64,000 nucleotides of DNA from Pontiella sp. (GTDB taxonomy: Bacteria > Verrucomicrobiota > Kiritimatiellia > Kiritimatiellales > Pontiellaceae). Shown here one piece after another: positions 27,285-37,687 of this stretch. The stretch covers positions 128,001 through 192,000 of the forward strand of contig JBNKHE010000002.1 of assembly GCA_050290185.1 (NCBI GenBank), given 5' to 3'. The position numbers were made by a program, and so were the translations under genes. Every line of letters begins with the position of its first letter. Within the stretch, counting starts at the first letter, position 1. The notes beneath the pieces were generated by a model that worked only from the letters and a program-made list of their open reading frames with translations, made no database searches and was not told the DNA's origin.

Positions 27285-28943
27285 TCATTGCGAGCCCTCC
27301 TTCAGTTGCTGTGCGCCGCCAAGTGTTGCAAACCCTGTATTTTCGAGATCGGTCCAGAGGGTACCTTCGCCGGAGTGGATGATGTTGAACTTCATCATTG
27401 GATTGAGCGTATCGGCGAAGCGCCATTGGGCATAGGCCAGCGGATCCTTGAATGCCGCGGTTTTGAGCTGGAGCCCGTTGGCCTTTTCGCCTTCTACCAT
27501 CTGGAGCGCGGACGCCTTCGCCTGCCCCAGCACCCGCACTTTGTTGGCGTTGATCGCCGCGGTCTGCTTTCGGATCTCGGCCACCTTCTTAAGGGTTTGC
27601 GCCTGAATCTGCGCCACCTGTTTTTCCAGATCAGCTCCGATCTCGGCCTTCAGCTTTTCGGTTTCCTGCTGGACCTTTTCGCCGTACTGCTTGATCAACG
27701 AAAGTTGCGTGTTCAGTTCAGCTTCCTTGCGGGCGGTGTTCTGCCGCTCCTTATTGGTCAGATCCTGCTCGACGGCAATACTGGCCTGCTGAATCGGCGC
27801 TCGGATGTCATCCGGCACCTCGACATGGCGGATCAACGCATTGTAAACCTTGATGTTCTTGCTCCCCAGCGTCTGTTCCAACGAAGCCGTCAGGTCGTTC
27901 TGGAACTTTTCACGCCCTTCGCCCACGATGAAATCCTTGGCGCGATACTCGGACCCCTTGTTGCGGGAGATCGACGTGATTTGCGGCATGATGATCTTAT
28001 CAATAACGGCGGGAAGATCGCCATAACGCCGGTAGATGCCGGCGATATCGCTCGGGTCAAACTCGAACTCGACGGTCATATCGAGGCTGATCGTGAAGCC
28101 ATCGCGCGACGGAAAGCTCACCAGTTCCTGCAGGGTCATTTCACCTTGGTTAAACGACGCGGCCGCCTGGGATGCCCGCTGCCGCCCGCCCTGTTCCATT
28201 TTCTTGTTGTAGTAATCGACGCGCTTGGCCTCCTGCATCTCGAGCATGTTGTTCTGAAGCGCATTGAGCGCCCGGTTCTGCCCCAGCTGCCGGGCCTTGG
28301 TAACCACCTTGCTTCCGCTCTGTCCCAGCAGGGAAACCTGATTGATCCCGATCTCGAGGACATCAACCTTGTACTCCTTGCTGTTCACATAGTAGAGCCC
28401 GGGTTGCAGCACATCCTTGCGGACGCCCTTCTGACTGTCGCCGGCAAACTGACCGCTTGGAGCCTGCTCGCCAGAGAGCGAGGTAATCACGCCGGCGTAG
28501 CCGATCGGAATACTGATGGCATCAACGATCTCTATGTTGTAGCCGTAGGGATTCATGCGGTACTTGCCCGGACCCAGCACGCTATGCCAGATGCCTTTCT
28601 GTCCGCGCGCGGCGATAAACTCGCCTTCCGGAAGTTCCTTCCCCACCTTGGAGGTCACGATCCCGACCTTGCCCGGCGGAATGATGGTGACCCGAACGAT
28701 TTCTCGATCATAGAAGATGGGATTGAGGAAATGACGGCCTTCGCCCAGCGGTTCTTCCCAGATGCCCTTCTGCCCCTTATTGGCCAGGATCTGGCCGGGT
28801 TCCAGCGGATCGCCGTTCTTGGCGGTAATGATGGCCATCCGATTTGGACCGACGTAGAAGCGGCAGAAGCCCCAAAGCCACATCGTTTCGATGGCAACGA
28901 CCAATAGAATAATACCCACAACCAGTTTTACAATCTTCTTCAC
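27285..28943 (-). CDS. SPFH (band 7) domain membrane protein, subunit 2
   Basis: N-terminal TM, three GQKG..L.PG.Y..NP-type modules, FPSRDGFTISLDMTVEF, Ala/Glu/Gln-rich coiled coil. Confidence 0.9.
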   Translation of the reverse strand: MKKIVKLVVGIILLVVAIETMWLWGFCRFYVGPNRMAIITAKNGDPLEPGQILANKGQKGIWEEPLGEGRHFLNPIFYDREIVRVTIIPPGKVGIVTSKVGKELPEGEFIAARGQKGIWHSVLGPGKYRMNPYGYNIEIVDAISIPIGYAGVITSLSGEQAPSGQFAGDSQKGVRKDVLQPGLYYVNSKEYKVDVLEIGINQVSLLGQSGSKVVTKARQLGQNRALNALQNNMLEMQEAKRVDYYNKKMEQGGRQRASQAAASFNQGEMTLQELVSFPSRDGFTISLDMTVEFEFDPSDIAGIYRRYGDLPAVIDKIIMPQITSISRNKGSEYRAKDFIVGEGREKFQNDLTASLEQTLGSKNIKVYNALIRHVEVPDDIRAPIQQASIAVEQDLTNKERQNTARKEAELNTQLSLIKQYGEKVQQETEKLKAEIGADLEKQVAQIQAQTLKKVAEIRKQTAAINANKVRVLGQAKASALQMVEGEKANGLQLKTAAFKDPLAYAQWRFADTLNPMMKFNIIHSGEGTLWTDLENTGFATLGGAQQLKEGSQ

Positions 28944-30457
28944 TTGGCACCTCCTTTCAAGGGAGCAAATGTGCTAAAGATGCCGCCCACCCCGTCGGCG
29001 GAATCGGAACTCAGCAGCGAAATCACCTGCGGGCCCAGTTTTTCATAGAGCACATAGCGGGCGAATCCAAGCCCGCTGCCGAAGGCGCTTACGCGGTTTT
29101 CAAGCACCGCCGCCTCGGCTTCGTTCTGCGCCTTGATGGCATCCTGCTCGCCGCCGGCCGACAACACGATGGCTTCGGCCTGGAACTCGGCAGCCTCGTA
29201 TTCCACCTGCGCCACATCGAGCTCCCTGTTCGCGGCAATCAGGCGGACGCTCTGGTCCTGCTCGGCGTCGATCACGGCGCGGATGCGTTTCGTATCAGCC
29301 TCCACCTTTTCGCGGTTCTGGATCGCGAGCATTTCCTGTTTCGTCAATTCGGCCTTCGACTTCGCCTGCACGATCTGTTGCTCATACTTGGCCGCATTCT
29401 GTACCGCCAACTCGCGGTCGCGGGTGATGCTGGCAATTGCGTCGGGCACGATAATCTTGCGAATGTTCACCGCCTTGATATCGAGCCCCCAGCCCTTGGC
29501 CTTTGAGCGCAGGTGTTCCTCCAAATCGTTCTGGAACTTCTGGCGGGTCTCCCCGACAATAAAGTCGACGGCCGGATGCTTGCTGCCCTCAATACGACTG
29601 AAACCGCGCGCACGCGGCAGGATAAGCTTCTTGATAATGTCATCCATGTCGCCGACGCGGTGGGTCAGGAACGCGGATTCATCGCGCTGGATCGCAAACT
29701 CAATATAGCCTTCCACCGTGACCGTAAAGCCGTCGAGTGTCAGGAAACTGATCACATCGCTGCCGGTCATTTCGAAGGGCTGGCTCTGGAGGTTGACCTC
29801 GACCGAGTTGTAGATGTAGGGATTGAGATAGTGCGTACCCGGATCCAGCAGCATACCCGTTACCCCTTTCATGCCCGGATCGACCATGAAGGTATTGCGC
29901 TTGTCCGCCGCCAGGTCGTTGTTGAGCACATCCTTGCCCGTCAGCGCGGTCACGACCCCCACATACCCCGGCTGAATGTCGATTGCCTTGAAGTCTGCCA
30001 CATCGTACGCATAGGGATTGATGCGGTATTTCCCCGGACGCAGGATTTCTTTCACAATCCCGCGCTGGTTGGCGTTTTCGGCAATGATCTTGCCGGGGGG
30101 AAGCTCTTCGCCGTAGAGACGGGTCATGACCGCCAGCCGGCCGGCCGGCACGTCGGTGATATCCTCGATTTTCCAGCTCCAAGTGTAGGGATTGCGAAAA
30201 TAACGGCCTTCAGGAAGCACGTCCAGCTGGATACCCTTCTGCCCCTCTTCCAACGCAATAACTTGGCCGGGCGGAAGATTCTCGCCGGTCTTTCGGATCA
30301 TCACCGCGATCTTTCCCGGCCCCGGCTCAATCCGGCAGCCAAACCAGAGAAACAATAAAGCACCGAGCACGACGGCAACAATTAGTGCCGGAACCGAGGT
30401 CAACAACGGAATGTTCAGTTGCACCTTCGGCGGCTTGAATTCAATGTGTTCACTCAT
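28940..30457 (-). CDS. SPFH (band 7) domain membrane protein, subunit 1
   Basis: N-terminal TM, three repeated modules, FLTLDGFTVTVEG, coiled coil; 4-bp overlap with the next gene. Confidence 0.9.
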   Translation of the reverse strand: MSEHIEFKPPKVQLNIPLLTSVPALIVAVVLGALLFLWFGCRIEPGPGKIAVMIRKTGENLPPGQVIALEEGQKGIQLDVLPEGRYFRNPYTWSWKIEDITDVPAGRLAVMTRLYGEELPPGKIIAENANQRGIVKEILRPGKYRINPYAYDVADFKAIDIQPGYVGVVTALTGKDVLNNDLAADKRNTFMVDPGMKGVTGMLLDPGTHYLNPYIYNSVEVNLQSQPFEMTGSDVISFLTLDGFTVTVEGYIEFAIQRDESAFLTHRVGDMDDIIKKLILPRARGFSRIEGSKHPAVDFIVGETRQKFQNDLEEHLRSKAKGWGLDIKAVNIRKIIVPDAIASITRDRELAVQNAAKYEQQIVQAKSKAELTKQEMLAIQNREKVEADTKRIRAVIDAEQDQSVRLIAANRELDVAQVEYEAAEFQAEAIVLSAGGEQDAIKAQNEAEAAVLENRVSAFGSGLGFARYVLYEKLGPQVISLLSSDSADGVGGIFSTFAPLKGGAK

Positions 30458-30639
30458 ACCCACCTCCTGTTGTTAAATGCTTAAAAAGGCTACCATGCTC
30501 CGTAGAGGCGGCCACTATATTTCCTGCACAAACTTGTAATGCACCGAGCCGTTCACTTTCCTCGTTAAAGCATTGAGGCGCGAGGCGCTAGCCTGCTAGT
30601 TTTCCCCTCCGCTAATGAATATTATTTGAAGGAGAAAAA

Positions 30640-32280
30640 ATGTCCATCCATCCAAATGCAGGAAAACCGGTCGCGAAAGAAGACCTGGCCGATATCGCCG
30701 AACTGATCAGCCTCTACTACGAAACCCAGCCGGATGTCACCAATCCAGACCAGAAGGTGGCCTTCGGCACCTCCGGCCACCGCGGCACCTCGCTGAAAAC
30801 CAGCTTCACCGAAGACCATATCATGGCCATATCGCAGGCCATCTGCGAATACCGTGCTGAACAGGGAATCACCGGCCCGCTCTTCATGGGCAAGGATACG
30901 CACGCCCTTTCCATCCCCGCCGAAAAGACGGCCTTGGAGGTTTTCGCCGCCAACGGCGTAACTGTGATGATCGACAAGGATGGCGGCTACACCCCCACCC
31001 CGGTCATTTCGCACGCAATCCTCGCCTACAACAAAGACCGCACCGAAGGACTGGCCGACGGCGTGGTCATCACCCCGTCGCATAACCCGCCCGACAACGG
31101 CGGCTTCAAGTATAATCCCCCAAACGGCGGACCGGCCGATACCGATGCCACCGGCTGGATTGCCGACCGCGCCAACGAGCTGCTGGCCGATAACAACGAC
31201 GAGGTCGAAAGTCTCTACTATCCCGATGCGCTCGCCGCCGACACCACCGTCGCCTACGACTTCATCACCCCCTATGTCGACGATCTCGGAAACGTCATCG
31301 ACATGGAAGCCATCAAAAAAGCCGGCCTGAAAATCTGCGCCGACGCCATGGGCGGCTCCGGCCTGCGCTACTGGCAGCCGATCGCGGAAAAGTACGGGCT
31401 CGACCTGACGATCCGCAACGCCGCAGTCGACTACACCTTCAGCTTCATGACCGTCGACCGCGACGGCAAGGTGCGCATGGACTGCTCGTCTCCGTATGCG
31501 ATGGCCAGTCTCGTCGCCCTCAAGGACGACTTCGACATCGCCTTCGGCAACGACCCCGACTACGACCGCCACGGCATCGTCACCAAATCAGCCGGCCTCA
31601 TGAACCCCAATCATTACCTTGCTGTAGCGATCAACTATCTTTTCACCCACCGCGAAGGGTGGAACAAGGATGCCGCCGTCGGCAAAACGCTGGTCAGCTC
31701 TTCGATGATCGACCGCGTTGCCGCTGATCTTGGTCGCGGCCTCCAGGAAGTACCGGTCGGCTTCAAATGGTTCGTGAACGGTCTCGTTGACGGTTCCTAC
31801 GGTTTTGGCGGTGAAGAATCCGCCGGCGCCTCGTTCCTGCGCAAGGATGGCTCCGTCTGGACCACCGACAAGGACGGCATCATTCTCAGCCTGCTGGCCT
31901 GCGAAATTCTTGCCGTTACCGGAAAAGATCCGGGCGAGCACTACCAGGATCTCGTTGCCAAATTCGGAAACCCGGTCTACACCCGCGTCGACGCCCCGGC
32001 CAACCGCGAAGAAAAGGCCAAGCTGGCCGCACTTTCCCCGGAACAGGTGAAGGCCGAAACGCTGGCAGGCGAACCAATCAGCGCCAAGCTCACGAACGCA
32101 CCCGCCAACGGCGCGGCCATCGGCGGTCTCAAGGTTTGCACCGAAAACGGCTGGTTCGCCGCCCGTCCATCCGGTACCGAGGACGTCTACAAGATCTACG
32201 CCGAAAGCTTCAAGGGCGAGGACCACCTCAAGCAGATCCAGGCCGAAGCCCGCGAGATCGTTAATCAGGCCCTGGCCTGA
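30640..32280 (+). CDS. pgm: Phosphoglucomutase
   Basis: [38 protein letters not shown]. Confidence 0.97.
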   Translation: MSIHPNAGKPVAKEDLADIAELISLYYETQPDVTNPDQKVAFGTSGHRGTSLKTSFTEDHIMAISQAICEYRAEQGITGPLFMGKDTHALSIPAEKTALEVFAANGVTVMIDKDGGYTPTPVISHAILAYNKDRTEGLADGVVITPSHNPPDNGGFKYNPPNGGPADTDATGWIADRANELLADNNDEVESLYYPDALAADTTVAYDFITPYVDDLGNVIDMEAIKKAGLKICADAMGGSGLRYWQPIAEKYGLDLTIRNAAVDYTFSFMTVDRDGKVRMDCSSPYAMASLVALKDDFDIAFGNDPDYDRHGIVTKSAGLMNPNHYLAVAINYLFTHREGWNKDAAVGKTLVSSSMIDRVAADLGRGLQEVPVGFKWFVNGLVDGSYGFGGEESAGASFLRKDGSVWTTDKDGIILSLLACEILAVTGKDPGEHYQDLVAKFGNPVYTRVDAPANREEKAKLAALSPEQVKAETLAGEPISAKLTNAPANGAAIGGLKVCTENGWFAARPSGTEDVYKIYAESFKGEDHLKQIQAEAREIVNQALA

Positions 32281-32282
32281 TT

Positions 32283-32344
32283 CGTGAAGCGTGACGATTG
32301 AGTCGTGACCAGATGTAATCACGCCTCACGTTTCAATCGTCACG
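32283..32344. repeat. Inverted tandem-repeat cassette, 7-bp period
   Basis: cgtgaag-cgtgacg-attgagt-cgtga ... tcacgcc-tcacgtt-tcaatcg-tcacg; perfect 12-bp stem cgtgacgattga/tcaatcgtcacg. Confidence 0.8.
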
Positions 32345-32383
32345 TCAACATTTCTCTCCATTGCATCCATAGCGGAAACCAAA

Positions 32384-32824
32384 ATGGGTCGACAAAAAAA
32401 CAACGGCAAGAAGCGCGGGCGTGGCGGCGCGGGGCAGAACCGCGCCGAGACGGAGGCGTTCCTGAAGAAAAACCGCGGAAAGCCTGACGTTATTGAAACC
32501 GCCAGCGGCCTGCAATACACCATCAAAGAACCCGGCACCGGCAAAAGCCCGGATGAGTGGAGCACGGTCGAGGTGAATCAGCGCATCCTGCTCGTCGACG
32601 GCACGGTCATCAGCGATACCTATCACAAGCCCGACCCCGACGTCTTCACGATGGCCGAAGCCATCGACGGACTAAAGGAAGGGTTGCCGCTGATGAAGGA
32701 GGGCGGAAAGTTCCGCTTTGTGGTTCCCCCCGACCTGGCCTGGGGGAAGCGCGGCGCTGGCGATAAAATCGGCCCCTATGCCGCGCTCATCTTCGATATC
32801 CGGCTCGAAAAAGTCCTCGATTAG
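32384..32824 (+). CDS. FKBP-type peptidyl-prolyl isomerase
   Basis: TASGLQY..PGTGKSP, GLKEGLPLMKEGGK, PPDLAWG, IGPYAALIFDIRL. Confidence 0.92.
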   Translation: MGRQKNNGKKRGRGGAGQNRAETEAFLKKNRGKPDVIETASGLQYTIKEPGTGKSPDEWSTVEVNQRILLVDGTVISDTYHKPDPDVFTMAEAIDGLKEGLPLMKEGGKFRFVVPPDLAWGKRGAGDKIGPYAALIFDIRLEKVLD

Positions 32825-32850
32825 CCAGAACAACTCGTTCTTCCCGGCAC

Positions 32851-32960
32851 AAAAAGAGCAGCGTATGGAAAAGAGGAGGGAAACCATACGCCGCTCAAGT
32901 GAACCCCAAACCATTGAGTTCGCTACGAAGTAAACCCCACCTCCCCCGCATCTGTCCATA
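32851..32960 (-). ncRNA. Candidate small RNA with an anti-SD terminator loop
   Basis: Two hairpins whose mismatches are G-U pairs only on the minus strand; the last has a 13-bp stem, loop UUUCCCUCCUCUUUU and a U5 tail; no credible minus-strand CDS directly upstream. Confidence 0.4.
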
Positions 32961-33033
32961 AAAAACAATAATCTATCGTTTGAGAAAAGGGATTTTAGAC
33001 TAAATCCCATTATCACCAGTCACCTCGTACCCG

Positions 33034-33061
33034 TTGACACATTCTCGATGGGATTTAGAAT
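33034..33061 (+). promoter_or_regulatory. Sigma70-type promoter
   Basis: TTGACA-N16-TAGAAT upstream of AGGAGG and ATG 33085. Confidence 0.7.
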
Positions 33062-33084
33062 AAAGACGTAAGGAGGTGAATGCT

Positions 33085-33540
33085 ATGTCATTCAATCAAA
33101 CGCGAGATCTGCTGGATGTCGCACGTCAGTTTCATCTGAACCTGTCCGGCGTCTATGGCAAAATGCTGGACCGGGCGGCTTCCGAGGAAACCCGGAACCT
33201 GATCGGCACCTTGATTGATCACGAGCAAATCCTTGAACAACGACTGGGTGAATACGAGGAGGAGGTTTCGGTTAACATACTCGATACCTTCTTCAAGTAT
33301 GTGATCGATGAGCATAAGAAATGCTTTGAAGAGTACACCCTGCCGGAGTCCATGACATCCATGGAGGTGATCGAGGCCACACGACATTTCGACCTGTGCC
33401 TGAGCAACTTCTACAAGGAAATGGCCCAGAAGTCGCTCTCGGAACATGTCCGTGAGGTTTTACTCAACCTGATGCAAATGGAACTGCACGAGCAGATGAC
33501 CCTGAGCAGGCGGACGCTGGAGCTGGTTGCATCCTACTAG
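33085..33540 (+). CDS. Hypothetical protein, probable ferritin-like four-helix bundle
   Basis: Helical pattern with DHE..LE, FYKEMA..VREVLLNL..ME; strong RBS. Confidence 0.7.
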   Translation: MSFNQTRDLLDVARQFHLNLSGVYGKMLDRAASEETRNLIGTLIDHEQILEQRLGEYEEEVSVNILDTFFKYVIDEHKKCFEEYTLPESMTSMEVIEATRHFDLCLSNFYKEMAQKSLSEHVREVLLNLMQMELHEQMTLSRRTLELVASY

Positions 33541-33607
33541 TGCGCCAATCCTCTTGCTGAAGCCACCCGGATTCCTGCATGGTCTCCCCACAAGACGGAG
33601 ACGTGAT

Positions 33608-34594
33608 ATGCAGGAGATCAGATGGGGAATTATCGGTTGTGGAGGCATTGCACACACATTTGCAACCGGCTTACAGGCGCTGGAGTCGGGAATGCTGCTG
33701 GCCGGATCATCGCGCACGTCAGGCCGCGCAAAGGAGTTTGCGGAAAAGCACCGGATCGCACGTAGCTACTCCAGCTATGAGACGCTGGTAGGCGACGCAG
33801 ATATCGATGCCGTATATGTAGCCACCACCCACAACTTCCATTATGAGAACGTCAAGCTGTGCCTGGAGCACGGAAAGCATGTGCTCTGTGAAAAACCGTT
33901 CACCATCAATGCCGCCCAATCCCGGGAACTGATCGGGCTGGCAAAGGCGAAGAACCTCTTCCTGATGGAGGCGCTATGGACGCGCTTCCTCCCCGCCATT
34001 CAACACATGAAACGGTTGCTGGATGCAGGAACCATCGGAAAGGTCCAGACCGTCTACGCCAACTTCTGCATCGGGAACGACTTTGCTCCGGATCACCGCC
34101 TTCGCAACATCGATTTGGCGGGGGGCTCATTGCTCGACCTCGGCATTTATCCCATCAGCATGGCCGACATCGTGTTCAACACAAAGCCGCAACGCATCCA
34201 AAGCGTAGCCACGATGGACAAGGATACCGGAGTGGATGAACATTCGTGCTATTTCTTCGAATACATCGGCGGCCAAAAAGCCGTACTCTCGGCCAGCTAC
34301 TCCCAATCCGCCCCGGTCGAAGCAATCGTCAGCGGAACCAAGGGCTTTATCCGGCTGCCTCATTTCCTCGGGGCAACGGAACTCCATATCCACCGAACGG
34401 GTGAAGCTCCCGAGGTGCTTGAATTCCCCTACGGGGAAGGAGAAAACTTCAAGTACGAGATCGCCCATGCCATGGAATGCATCGCTGCCGGGAAAACGGA
34501 GAGCGACATCATGCCGCTCTCCAAAACCCTTGAGATCATGGAAACTATGGATGCGCTTCGCGCCCAATGGGGCCTCGCCTATCCGGACGAATAA
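33608..34594 (+). CDS. Gfo/Idh/MocA-family oxidoreductase
   Basis: IRWGIIGCGGIA, GKHVLCEKP, MEALWTRFLP, GGSLLDLGIY. Confidence 0.95.
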   Translation: MQEIRWGIIGCGGIAHTFATGLQALESGMLLAGSSRTSGRAKEFAEKHRIARSYSSYETLVGDADIDAVYVATTHNFHYENVKLCLEHGKHVLCEKPFTINAAQSRELIGLAKAKNLFLMEALWTRFLPAIQHMKRLLDAGTIGKVQTVYANFCIGNDFAPDHRLRNIDLAGGSLLDLGIYPISMADIVFNTKPQRIQSVATMDKDTGVDEHSCYFFEYIGGQKAVLSASYSQSAPVEAIVSGTKGFIRLPHFLGATELHIHRTGEAPEVLEFPYGEGENFKYEIAHAMECIAAGKTESDIMPLSKTLEIMETMDALRAQWGLAYPDE

Positions 34595-34604
34595 AGCCGC
34601 GAAC

Positions 34605-37600
34605 TCACGATTCCCTGCGTCTCTCCACCCACTCGTAGATGGAGGGTAAAACGAAAAGCGTGAGGAACGTGGACGTCGTTAACCCGAACACCACGACAGC
34701 GGCGAGCGGGCGTTGGACCTCCGCGCCGGCCCCGTGCGACAGCAACAGGGGCAGCAATCCAAGCAACGTGGTCAACGTGGTCATGATAACCGGCCGGAAT
34801 CGGATGAGGCTACCGTTCAACACGGCATCGCGGACTCCCTGCCCTTCCCTTCGCAGATCGTTGAAGTCGGTCAGCAGTACCATCGCGTCCTGCATCGCGA
34901 TGCCGAACAAGGCGATAAAACCGATCGAGGCAGGCACGGAGAGATATTGTCCCGTTGCCCAAAGCCCGATCACCCCGCCAATCATGGCCAGCGGAACATT
35001 CAGAATTATCATGGCGGCGTGCCGCATTGAATGGAATGTAATCCATAGCAGTATAAAGATGGACACAAGGACTACCGGCACGATGACGCCCAAACGCTTC
35101 ATCGCACTGCGTTGCTGTTCGAACTGCCCGCCATACTCTACAAAAACACCGTTTGGTAGATGAACTTTTTCGGACAGAGCCACCTGTATACCGGTCAGGA
35201 CCTTGCTCAAAGCGCGGCCTTCGATGTTACCCTGTACGATCCAGCGCCGCTGATTGTGCTCGCGATTGATCTGGAGCGGCCCGTCCTCCATCTTGATTGT
35301 TGCCAGCTGATCCAGTCGTAGCAGAGCACCATCATTCGAACGAATAAAGAGCTGCCGCAGGTCATCCGGTGAGGAGCGGAATTCAGGAGCATAGCGAACG
35401 TGAATGCCATAACGGCGGGTATTCCGGTAGAGCGTATCCACCACACGTCCACCAACGGCGGTTTCCACCTGCTCCAGCACGGTTTCGCCTGGCACGCCGT
35501 AGCGGGCCAGCGCTTCGTGATCGAGCACCACTTTGATCTGCGGTTGCCCATGGCTCTGTTCGATCGATAAATCAACAAGCCCTTCGATGTCGGCGATCGC
35601 CTCACGCACCTGCTCCGCCGTTTCGCGGATCTCATCCAGCTTTTCACCGTAGATCTTGATGGCGAGCTGCGCCTTAACGCCGGACAGCAACTCGTCGAAC
35701 TGGTTCTGGATCGGCTGGGATATATTGACGGTAACCCCAGGGTATTCGTCCATCAGGGATCGGATGGACGCGACCATTTTCGGTTTGTCCGCCGTGGACT
35801 CCAATTCCACGTGAAGCTCGGAAAAATTGACCGGATGCGGATGACTCCCCGCCTCCGGACGGCCGATGCGTGTGACCACTGTTTTGACGCCGTCGACCTG
35901 CATGACCTCCGCGGCAACACGCTTCATGGTTTCCTGGGCTTCCTCCAGCGAAATCGATGGCGCCATGCCGACCGAAACCATGCTGGAACCCTCCTCCAGC
36001 ACCGGAATAAATTCGGTGCCGATCGTACGCAGACTGAAGATCGCCAGCACCGAAAGCACGCCCACACCGATAAAAACAAGCGCCTTGGCCTTGAGCGCCC
36101 CTAAAAGCAACCGGCGATAGCCCTCCTTGAGACGGCGATAAAAACGTGATTCCTTGCAGGGGTTTTCGCGGAGTAGCCAGCTCGCCAGCACCGGCGCGAT
36201 GACCAGAGCAAATACAATCGATCCGCCCAGGGCCAGCATCACCGTATAGGCCAGCGGCTTGAACATTTTACCTTCCACCGCCTGGAACGACAGAATAGGA
36301 AGAAACACCACGATGACGATCAGGATGGCATACGCGATCGGACGGCCGACCTCCTTGGTGGCATCGTGAATCAGTTGGATACGATCCGATTTCCCGTCCC
36401 GCCTCATACCCAGGAAACGGTGGATGTTTTCCGTTACGACAATCGAACCATCCACGAGCATACCCAGCGCAACGGCAATACCGCCGAGCGACATCAGATT
36501 GGCCGAAATACCAAAATGCTCCATGCCGATGAATGCCACCAGCGCGCAAAACGGCATGGCCAGCGAAACGATGATTGCGGCCCGGAAGCAACCGAGAAAG
36601 GCAAACAATACGAGCAACACCAGCACCATTCCCTGCAGCAAGGCCATCTTGACGGTGCGCGTGGCATTTTCAACCAGATCGGCCTGCTCGTAATAGGGTA
36701 CCAGATGCACGCCCGATGGGAGTCCCGCCTGCACCTGCTCCACTTTCTCGTACAGGCGTTCAATGACCTCGGATGAATTGGCTCCATAGAGCTTCATGAC
36801 GATTCCAGAAACCACTTCATCGCCGGCATTGTGCGTCACCACACCGCGTCGCAGCGCCTTGCCATGCGTTACTTCCGCCACATCGCCGATCGAAACCGGT
36901 GTTCCATCAGACGTTTTAAGCGTAATTCCGCGGATATCATCTAGGCTTTGCAGTAATCCGATTCCGCGCACCAAATGTTCTTCCGAATTGATGGGAAGAT
37001 ACTGCCCACCCACGTTGCGGTTGTTTTGCTGAATGGCGCTCACCACATCCTCAATCGCCAGACCGTACTGGAGCAACAGATAAGGATCGAGCCGGACCTG
37101 ATATTGCAGGACATGGCCACCGGCACTCAGAATATCCGTCACGCCGGGTACGGTTTGCAACTGGCGCTTTACGACCCAGTCGTTGAGGTCGCGCAGATAG
37201 ATCAACGGATCCAACCCGCCGGTATCAGCTCCGTCCTCCAGATCCAGGTAATAGAGAAAAACCTGCCCAAGCCCGCTGGAGATGGGGCCCAGCGTCGGCG
37301 GTTCGCGGAGATTCGGCAGGTCGGCCATCGCCGCGGTTAGCCGCTCCGACACCAGCTGGCGGGCAAAATAGATGTCGGTGTCGTCGGTAAAGTAGACGTA
37401 CACCACCGCCATGCCGAACGCGGAGGTCGATTTAATCTGCGTCACGTTCGGCAAACCGTTCATCGCCGTTTCAATGGGATAGGCCACCAGCTGTTCAACT
37501 TCCTCCGGCGCCATGCCATCGGCTTCTGCAAAGACGGGCACCATGATTGGCGAGATATCCGGAAAGGCCTCCACCTCAAGCCGACGGTATTCAAAGATTC

Positions 37601-37679
37601 CAAGCCCCACAACCCCAAGCAGCGCCAGCAGTACCAGCCCGCGGTTCTTGAGTACGGCATTGATTATGCGTTCAATCAT
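34605..37679 (-). CDS. CusA/CzcA-family heavy-metal RND efflux permease
   Basis: AFPDIS, PEEVEQLV.YPIE, ANLMSLGG..GMLVDG..ENI, EGKMFKPLA, GFIALFGIA, RFRPVIMT, EVQRPLA. Confidence 0.95.
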   Translation of the reverse strand: MIERIINAVLKNRGLVLLALLGVVGLGIFEYRRLEVEAFPDISPIMVPVFAEADGMAPEEVEQLVAYPIETAMNGLPNVTQIKSTSAFGMAVVYVYFTDDTDIYFARQLVSERLTAAMADLPNLREPPTLGPISSGLGQVFLYYLDLEDGADTGGLDPLIYLRDLNDWVVKRQLQTVPGVTDILSAGGHVLQYQVRLDPYLLLQYGLAIEDVVSAIQQNNRNVGGQYLPINSEEHLVRGIGLLQSLDDIRGITLKTSDGTPVSIGDVAEVTHGKALRRGVVTHNAGDEVVSGIVMKLYGANSSEVIERLYEKVEQVQAGLPSGVHLVPYYEQADLVENATRTVKMALLQGMVLVLLVLFAFLGCFRAAIIVSLAMPFCALVAFIGMEHFGISANLMSLGGIAVALGMLVDGSIVVTENIHRFLGMRRDGKSDRIQLIHDATKEVGRPIAYAILIVIVVFLPILSFQAVEGKMFKPLAYTVMLALGGSIVFALVIAPVLASWLLRENPCKESRFYRRLKEGYRRLLLGALKAKALVFIGVGVLSVLAIFSLRTIGTEFIPVLEEGSSMVSVGMAPSISLEEAQETMKRVAAEVMQVDGVKTVVTRIGRPEAGSHPHPVNFSELHVELESTADKPKMVASIRSLMDEYPGVTVNISQPIQNQFDELLSGVKAQLAIKIYGEKLDEIRETAEQVREAIADIEGLVDLSIEQSHGQPQIKVVLDHEALARYGVPGETVLEQVETAVGGRVVDTLYRNTRRYGIHVRYAPEFRSSPDDLRQLFIRSNDGALLRLDQLATIKMEDGPLQINREHNQRRWIVQGNIEGRALSKVLTGIQVALSEKVHLPNGVFVEYGGQFEQQRSAMKRLGVIVPVVLVSIFILLWITFHSMRHAAMIILNVPLAMIGGVIGLWATGQYLSVPASIGFIALFGIAMQDAMVLLTDFNDLRREGQGVRDAVLNGSLIRFRPVIMTTLTTLLGLLPLLLSHGAGAEVQRPLAAVVVFGLTTSTFLTLFVLPSIYEWVERRRES

Positions 37680-37687
37680 ACTGCCCC

